Positions 56,183 through 64,000 of a stretch of DNA of 64,000 nt are shown here, piece by piece. Both the position numbers and the translations under genes were made by a program. The notes below the pieces were generated by a model. That model searched no databases and was not told where the DNA came from. It saw nothing but the letters and a program-made list of their open reading frames with translations. This DNA comes from Octopus vulgaris (lineage: Eukaryota). Location: contig OX597816.1 in assembly GCA_951406725.2 (NCBI GenBank), forward strand, positions 5,580,001 through 5,644,000, in the 5' to 3' direction. The first letter of the stretch is position 1. Every line of letters starts with the position of its first letter.

Positions 56183-56909
56183 TTCTAGTTTTGGAACAAA
56201 TCAAGCGATTTTGAAAAGCGTGCAAAGTCGATGACATCAACCCCAGTATTTGACGGGTATTATATGTTCTCGACCATGAAAAGATGAACGGTAAAATTGA
56301 CCTCGGCGGAATTTGAACTCAGTGTGTAAAGCGCCGAAAAAAATGCGGCGTCAAGCATCCAGTCCGGCTTGCTAACAGTTCTAACTCTCTGCCTTATGAG
56401 TGAGAATAATATTCTTTTCTACTCTAGACATAAGGGCCTAAACTTTTGGGGAAACGCCAGTCGATTAGATCGAGCCCATTACGTAACTGGTACTTCATTT
56501 ATCGACTCCGAAAGCATGAAAGGCAAAGTCGACCTCGGCGGAATTTGAACTCAGAACGTAAAGATCGGTAAGCATTTTACCCGCTGTGCTAACGTTTCTA
56601 CCAGCTCCTCACCTTATCAGTGAGACATGATATTAATTTCAAAGTCTCGTACAAGGCCAGCAAGTTCGGGAAATGGTCTCAATCGATTACATCGAACCCC
56701 AGCACTAGGCTGGTACTTATTATATCGAGCCTGAAATAATGAAAGGCAACGTCGACCTTGGCGAAATTTGAACTCAGTTGGATGAAATGCCGCTAAGCAT
56801 TTTGCCCGGTATGCTAACGATTCTGCTAGCTCGCTGGTTAGATAATAGCAGCGATGATGATGATGTCAGTTGTATATGTAAAAGACAAATCCATCATCAT
56901 CATCATCAG

Positions 56910-56962
<53 letters not shown>

Positions 56963-57120
56963 GCATCATCATTATTATTATTACTATTATTATTATTACT
57001 ATTATTCCGCTGAGGTCCAGTTTACCTTTCACCGTTTCGGGATCGATAAATTATGTACTAATTGAGTACTAGAGTCAATGTAATCGACTACCCCCTCCCC
57101 CAAATTTTAGGCCTTGTGGT
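56183..57120. mobile_element. three family C SINEs on minus (56183-56835) and one partial on plus (57005-57120)
   Basis: GACCTCGGCGGAATTTGAACTCAG core repeated. Confidence 0.8.
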
Positions 57121-57533
57121 TGCTGCGATTTTTTTTAAATATTTAAGGTATTAGATGAATATTGGTTTGTCTGTTCACGTAGGAAGGACCCATTTTAGGG
57201 ATGAGCACTGAACTTGGCTGTTCGGACATGATGCTCCTGGAAGGTGACAGTAACGGAAGGGAACTGTTTTCGGCATTAGTTTACCATTTCCTCTACAATG
57301 TTTGTTACCCTGGTCTCAAGATGAAACGGTGATGGATTCTCAATTGGATGCGACGATGTACATCCAACTTTCGATCAAGTGAGAGGCTCCCCCTTGAAAT
57401 TAAGAGGAAAGTGGTTGAGTATTCCACAGATCTGTATCCCTTTAAGGCAAGTTTCGGTTTGATTCAGTGTTAGATAATGTGACAACGCTGAACACCAGGC
57501 AGGAAAGGTAGACAGGCAGAAAGAGAGAGAACA

Positions 57534-57565
<32 letters not shown>

Positions 57566-57937
57566 GTGAGAATACATAATTGGTACTTTATCGAGCCTGA
57601 GAAAAATGAAAGGGCAAAACAGATTTTAGTTGGATTCGATCCTAGTGAACATTGTACGGAAAAGGATATTGACGACATTCTTTCCAAGGCTCTAACAGTT
57701 TTGCCAACTCTTCATCTTCAGGATGAGCGATAAAATTCCGATAAAAAATTCTTTCACGTTACTTAAATGTTGAACTTCAAAAATTTATTTGTCTTTCCCC
57801 AAAATAGAGGAAGTTAAGAGGAAAACAAATTATGCTTTTACTGGGTTTGTATTGAAACTATAGGGTTTATAAACATCAGAAAATTTCATGAGAAACACGT
57901 GGCAGGACGAGAAACCAAATAGTAACGTATGCATTCA

Positions 57938-58086
57938 TTTCAAATTCCGCCGAGGTTGACTTTCTCTTTCGTCGATAAATTAAGTACCAGTTTCGCGCTG
58001 GGGTCGATGTAATCGACTTAATGTGTTTGTCTGTCCTTGTTTGTCCCCTGTATGTTTAACCCCTTGTGGGCAATAAAGAAATAAGA
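57938..58086 (+). mobile_element. 5'-truncated family C SINE
   Basis: TTCAAATTCCGCCGAGG...CCCCTTGTGGGCAATAAAGAAATAAG; flank TAACGTATGCATTCATT recurs at ~58226. Confidence 0.8.
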
Positions 58087-58607
58087 ACATAACTCGTCTA
58101 CTCAAATGAAACTGATACATTCATACTTAATCTTATGGACGTTACGAAGTCGCTCCTTGTCACAGAAAATCCACAGCAGAACCCTCTGTGTTTAGCCCCT
58201 TGAGGGTAGTAAATAAGATATTAATTAACGTATGCATTCATTCTCAGTGCATTCAAGTAGATTTGAACTTGAAGTGCCTGCGTTCTTGTTAGATTCGTCG
58301 GTCCACTGTGTGGTAAAGAGACACACAATAAGCAGATTTGCAAGTCCCTTACACCGGTGAATGGTATGTTCTGAACACACATCGTCTAAAGGGAGATGTC
58401 CTCTGATGACGAAATATAACAGCGATCAGACACTAACGTTTGAATCTGTCAGAAAGTGTTGATATTGAGTAATTACGTTATTGCTTGGACTCTCATTATT
58501 ATGCGGGTTCCTCATAGATTAACAGATATCAGCAAATATTTTGCTGATTTCTATAAACACGAGATTATTTACAATTAGATTCATCGTTCCTGCGTAAATT
58601 TAACTAA

Positions 58608-58974
58608 TCTCTCTATATATAAAGCTGAAGTTGTCTGTGTGTGGCAGGTTTGGTAGCCTTCAACTAACACTATCTCCTCCGAGACCCTGCGACGCAAGTT
58701 GACCAAAATTGAGAGTATGATAGAAGAAGACTTGCTCTTACTTCCATCGAAGAAAATATTCAAATCGGACCATGTTAACTCCCAAAATTATTTACATCAA
58801 AAAGCTGCTTTTTTTCTATGAAAATCCCTATTTTTTATGATTTTTTGACTGCTGTGTCGTCATTTTTCGGTGTATTTCAACCAGAAAAATGTTCACTTAA
58901 AGAGAATAACAAGCTACATAATGCAGAATTTTTACTTTTCAAAAATTCCAAAAAAATTCGAAATAAACTCGAGC
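58608..58974 (+). mobile_element. non-autonomous Helitron subfamily 2, 3' hairpin truncated
   Basis: A|TCTCTCTATATATAAAGCTGAAGTTGTCTG; reverse complement of 25765-26121. Confidence 0.8.
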
Positions 58975-59659
58975 CATGAAGTCGAAACACTGTGCTGTTT
59001 TAACGTCTCCTTACGCCATTAAATCGCGTATTTCAAACACATATGTAAAGGGAGGCGATTTCGCCGATCACGAAAGTGAACAGTGATTAGCATATTCTAG
59101 TTCGAATCTGCCACAACTTATAGTGAAAGAACAGATTCGTTATTGTAGCACAAACCTTTCGTTACCAAAATTATTTCTAATGAAATACGTTGAAAAATGC
59201 TTAAAATTTATAAACCTCCCAACCGTAAAAAAATATATATAAAAAGAAATCTTTTTAAGTACTGAGCTGGGGTAGGACTTAAAGACAAAGATATATTCAC
59301 ACAGAGAGAGACGTAGAAATATATGAACATAAACACATACATATACATACACATACACATTCATACAACGAATTCTAGGTAGGCGTGATGAACTGGTAGG
59401 GAAATTCTGGTCTCCCAAAAGCCAAATATGTATCGATAAAGAGATGTGAGTTTTTTCTTAATAATGGGTTAACAAAGGTATAACGCTGATGATAATTCCA
59501 TGCTTTAATACGCATACGAACACACACACGGGTGTGTGTGTGTTTGTGTGTGTGTGCGTGTACGTATGTGTGTGTGTGTAGCACATAAATGACTTTGTAA
59601 CTTCTACTGATTAAAATGTAATGTGTAGATATGTATTATTTTGTTTTAGCTTTTAAGGC

Positions 59660-59850
59660 TTACAGGCAACAGGGGTGCCCATGCAGTCGCCCAAGTCCAG
59701 AAATCGAAAAGGGCCACTTGGAAAGTCTCCACGACAATGGGAAAAGGATGTGGTCAAGCAATTTGGGTCAAGAGGGGAAAGAATGGTACAATCAATACAA
59801 AATTGGAAGCGCATTGTTCCAGCGGTGTGTAACAGTATCTGGAGGCCTGG
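59660..59850 (+). pseudogene. RTE-type LINE C-terminal relic
   Basis: RKGPLGKSPRQWEKDVVKQFG..ERMVQSIQNWK resembles the RTE terminal KRPLGRPPRRW.D.I...G..W...AQDR..WK motif. Confidence 0.55.
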
Positions 59851-60531
59851 TCGATACTGTGATATTGTGATTACATATATGTACTGATGTTTTGAATTCC
59901 AAACCTACACACACACATACACACACACATATAAACTTTGCATACGTGTTTTTTACTATATATGAAACTAAAGATATGTTGGTATTAGCAGACAGGTCAA
60001 CAAAGTTTTATTCGCGATACAAACATATACGACATAAATCTCAAGAAAACGACTTACTGTCTAAATAGAATAGCGATTACGACGAACGGAACCGGAAGAA
60101 AATGGACGTTAGATATTAAGATGTCTAATATTTATGTTTGCTTTATGATTTACACATAGGATATTACAGAATAAGATTGTTTGTTTGTAAACACTGCTGT
60201 AGAATCGATAGTGTTGGACTAATGGCTTAAACACTGATTATACTAAAAGCAGTATCTTACTATCTCCATGTCTGAAATATAAGTGAGATACAAACAGATT
60301 CAATCCAGAAAGTTTTTTCAGTTATTTATAAGGAAAAATCTGGCGTTCTTATGGATAGTCAGCTAAACGCTAAGATCAATAACATAAGTACCAGTTGAGT
60401 ACTGGGGTCGATATAATCGACTTACCCCCTCTCCCAAAATTTCCGGCTTTGTGCCAAAATTTGAAACCAATCTATATTCTGGTTGTTAAAGTTTGACTTC
60501 TCATTCATTTCGCATGAGAAGAAACTGTATT

Positions 60532-60745
60532 CTTTTCTACTCTAGGCACTAGGCCCGAATTTTTTGGGAGGGATTTAAGTCGATTAGACGACCCCAGTAG
60601 GCAATTGGTACTTAATTCATCAACCCCGAAAGGATGAAAGGCAAAATCTATCTCGGCGGAATTTGAACTCAGAACGTAAAGACAGACGAAATACCACTAA
60701 GCATTTCGCCCTGCGTGCTAACGTTTCTGCCAGCTTAGCGCCTTG
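60532..60745 (-). mobile_element. family C SINE monomer, short-tail type
   Basis: TSD ATGAGAAGAAACTGTATT at 60514-60531 and 60746-60763. Confidence 0.88.
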
Positions 60746-60910
60746 ATGAGAAGAAACTGTATTGTTCTAATTCCTAGCATGGCCACATCGTCTTTTTGTA
60801 TTGTCCTGATTTCAATTCGGTTTCTCTTTCCTCTTATTTCCAGCGTTGATGTTTCCTTTTATTATTTTAGCCTTTGCGTTATATTATATGCAGAGTTGAG
60901 TTCAGCTTCC

Positions 60911-61316
60911 TCTCTTTTACTTGTTTCAGTCATTTGACTGCGGTCATGCTGGAGCACCGCCTTTAGTCGAGCAACTCGACCCTGGGACTTATTCTTTTTG
61001 TAAGCCCAGTACTTATTCTATCGGTCTCTTTTGCCGAACCGCTAATGGACGGGGACGTAAATACACCAGCATCGGTTGTCAAGCAATGCTAGAGGGACAA
61101 ACACAGGCACACAAACATATACATACACATACATACATATATATACATATATACGACAGGCTTCTTTCAGTTTCCGTCTACCAAATCCACTCACAAGGCA
61201 TTGGTCGGCCCGAGGCTATAGCAGAAGACACTTGCCCAAGATGCCACGCAGTGGGACTGAACCCAGAACCATGTGGTTGGTAGGCAAGCTACTTACCACA
61301 AAGCCACTCCTGCGCC
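60911..61316 (-). mobile_element. full-length SINE family A
   Basis: Reverse complement of 24952-25366. Confidence 0.92.
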
Positions 61317-61593
61317 TATGAGATGTCAGTTGTCAAAGTCAGTTGTCAAGGACATTTTCTAGTAACAGACCTGGATCCCAAAAGTGGAAACAATATAGAT
61401 GCATCGATAAAAATGCATCAACATAATCGAATCGATATATCACTACAAATGTATCAACGTAAATAGAATAAACCCTTGGATGCTAACTCACCTAAGTTCA
61501 TCTTGGATTTTAATAAGAAAAAAGCTTTTGTTTTAATGTGGTTTAATCTAATACCTTCCCATCGAAAAATCGTGTTAATATATATTCAAATTT

Positions 61594-61810
61594 AAGGCAG
61601 CGAGCTGCCAGAGTTGTTAGCATGGCGAGTGAAATGCTTAGCGGAATTTCGTCCGTAGTTACTTTCTCAGCTCAAATTCCGCCAAGGTTGATTTTGCCTG
61701 TCATCCTTTTTGGATCAATAACATAAGTACCAGTTGAGTACTGGGGTCGATGTAATCGATCTACCCCCTCTCCCGAAATTGCTGGCTTTGTGCCAAAATT
61801 TGAAACCAAT
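61594..61810 (+). mobile_element. family C SINE; its 3' part is duplicated at 60374-60470
   Basis: GGCAGCGAGCTGCCAGAG...TCAAATTCC..TCATCCTT. Confidence 0.8.
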
Positions 61811-61870
61811 CTATATTCTGGTTATTAGAGTTTGACTTCTCATTCATTTCGGATGAGAAGAAACTGTATT

Positions 61871-62451
61871 CTTTTCTACTCTAGGCACTAGGCCCGAATT
61901 TTGGGGGAGGTGATTAAGTCGATTAGACGACCCCAATAGGCAATCGGTACTTAATTTATCGAGCTCAAATTGATGAAAAGCAAAGTCGACCTCGGCGGAA
62001 TTTGAACTCAGAACGTAAAGACAGACGAAATAACTATTTCTTTACTACCCACAAGGGGCTAAACAAAGAAGGGACAAACAAGGCCAGACACACGGATTAA
62101 GTCGATTATATCGACCCCAGTGCGTAACTGATACTTATTTAATTGACCCCAAAGGATGAAAGGCAAAGTCGACATCGGCGGAATTTGAACTCAGAACGCA
62201 GCGGCAGACGAAATACCTATTTCCTTACTACCCACAAGGGGCTAAACGCAGAGAGGACAAACAAGGACAAAGAAAGGCATTAAGTCGATTATATCGACAC
62301 CAGTGCGTAACTGGTACTTAATTTATCGACTACGAAAGGATGAAAGGCAAAGTCGACCTCGGCGGAATTTGAACTCAGAACATAAAGACAGCTGAAATAC
62401 TGTTAAACATTTCGCCCGGCGTTCTAACGTTTCTGCCAGCTCGCCGCCTTG
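61871..62451 (-). mobile_element. family C SINE trimer
   Basis: Three cores between TSD copies at 61853-61870 and 62452-62469. Confidence 0.88.
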
Positions 62452-62509
62452 ATGAGAAGAAATTGTATTGTTCTAATTAGGCCCTATACATTCTGAATAA
62501 AATTCGAAG

Positions 62510-62550
<41 letters not shown>

Positions 62551-62552
62551 GC

Positions 62553-62617
<65 letters not shown>

Positions 62618-62639
62618 TATATATATGTATATATATATG

Positions 62640-62720
<81 letters not shown>

Positions 62721-62722
<2 letters not shown>

Positions 62723-63951
62723 CAACAAAGTTTTTTAGCTATTTCTAATACTTAAAGAAAATTTCTCTCAGATAGTGTTTACTCAGAATAACCCACGAAG
62801 GTATGGGGGTAAAAAACATTAAAAAAAAAAATCACAAGTGCAAAGATTATTTGAGAACGTTACGTTTCTAGATCAGCCAAATAAAATTCGACATTTCTTT
62901 CGTCAGCCCAAAATTTCTTAATTTGGATTTGGAAACACTGAAAGTAGGAACATACCCTTTTGGCGACTTAACACCTCAGACGACCCGCTCAAACTGACAG
63001 TGCCAACAAATTCAAAATATGCAAGCGAAGAATTCCTGTTCTCCCTTTCCACCCACGTGGGCTAAACTAGCAAACACCATATTTTAGCGGTGAAAACCGA
63101 GGCAATAAACAGAGAGAAATGAATTATAATTTCAACAATTGAGGGTAAAATTAATTAGTTAATTAATCAATTTCACCAAGTATTCAGTATGTAAAAGGAC
63201 CATTTAAGGCGAATTCAAAATATTACATTAATATAAAAGGGCTTAGTAAAATAAATTACTTTGCCACATACTGAACTCATTAGAAATAGCAGCCAAAAAA
63301 GTTTTTTAGCTATTTCTAATACTTAAAGAAAATTTCTCTCAGATAGTGTTTACTCAGAATAACCCACGAAGGTATGGGGGTAAAAAACATTAAAAAATCA
63401 CAAGTGCAATCCTTTTACATACTGAATACTTGGTGAAATTGATTAATTAACTAATTAATTTTACCCTCAATTGTTGAAATTATAATTCATTTCTCTGTTT
63501 ATTGCCTCGGTTTTCACCGCTAAAATATGGTGTTTGCTAGTTTAGCCCACGTGGGTGGAAAGGGAGAACAGGAATTCTTCGCTTGCATATTTTGAATTTG
63601 TTGGCACTGTCAGTTTGAACGGGTCGTCTGAGGTGTTAAGTCGCCAAAAGGGTATGTTCCTACTTTCAGTGTTTCCAAATCCAAATTAAGAAATTTTGGG
63701 CTGACGAAAGAAATGTCGAATTTTATTTGGCTGATCTAGAAACGTAACATTCTCAAATAATCTTTGCACTTGTGATTTTTTAATGTTTTTTACCCCCATA
63801 CCTTCGTGGGTTATTCTGAGTAAACACTATCTGAGAGAAATTTTCTTTAAGTATTAGAAATAGCTAAAAAACTTTTTTGGCTGCTATTTCTAATGAGTTC
63901 AGTATGTGGCAAAGTAATTTATTTTACTAAGCCCTTTTATATTAATGTAAT
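62721..63951. mobile_element. non-coding hammerhead-containing element (~571-bp monomer, tandem plus inverted), retrozyme or non-autonomous Penelope-like
   Basis: Direct repeat 62730-62843 = 63301-63409. 63410-63951 is the reverse complement of the permuted monomer. Flanked on both sides by (TA)n; no ORF. Confidence 0.8.
62850..62913 (-). ncRNA. type I hammerhead ribozyme with extended stem II (inverted copy 63695-63756 +)
   Basis: TTTGGG-CTGACGA-A-AGA-AAT-GTCGAAT-TTT-ATTTGGC-TGA-TCT-A-GAAAC-G-TAA-C-GTT-CTCAAA: stems I, II and III all pair. Confidence 0.72.
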
Positions 63952-63953
63952 TT

Positions 63954-64000
<47 letters not shown>

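Noticed and set aside
44785-58420. Isolated CTGANGA words at ~44785, ~50604 and ~58404
   Set aside because: Missing or broken stems or GAAA box; expected by chance

Overview
AT-rich, microsatellite-dense animal genomic DNA. The repeat content (tRNA-derived SINEs including a Meta-domain-like family, CR1/RTE/R4-type LINE relics, Helitrons, mariner) suggests a cephalopod such as Octopus; this is inference. I found no convincing intact host gene, and most listed ORFs are translated (TA)n/(CA)n/(TATG)n repeats. Recognisable elements are a full-length frameshifted mariner (53414-54703), a decayed Helitron helicase, four non-autonomous Helitrons, LINE fragments, more than 25 SINE copies, MITEs and a recent ~4.3 kb tandem duplication (31811-40590). 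The most notable signal is a set of non-coding, often palindromic inserts in (TA)n tracts carrying minimal type I hammerhead-ribozyme motifs, as in Penelope-like elements and retrozymes. The best case is a ~571-bp circularly permuted monomer in tandem and inverted form at 62721-63951. A second signal is evidence that one SINE subfamily inserts into the head of related SINEs, building multimers. All alignments and folds were done by eye.
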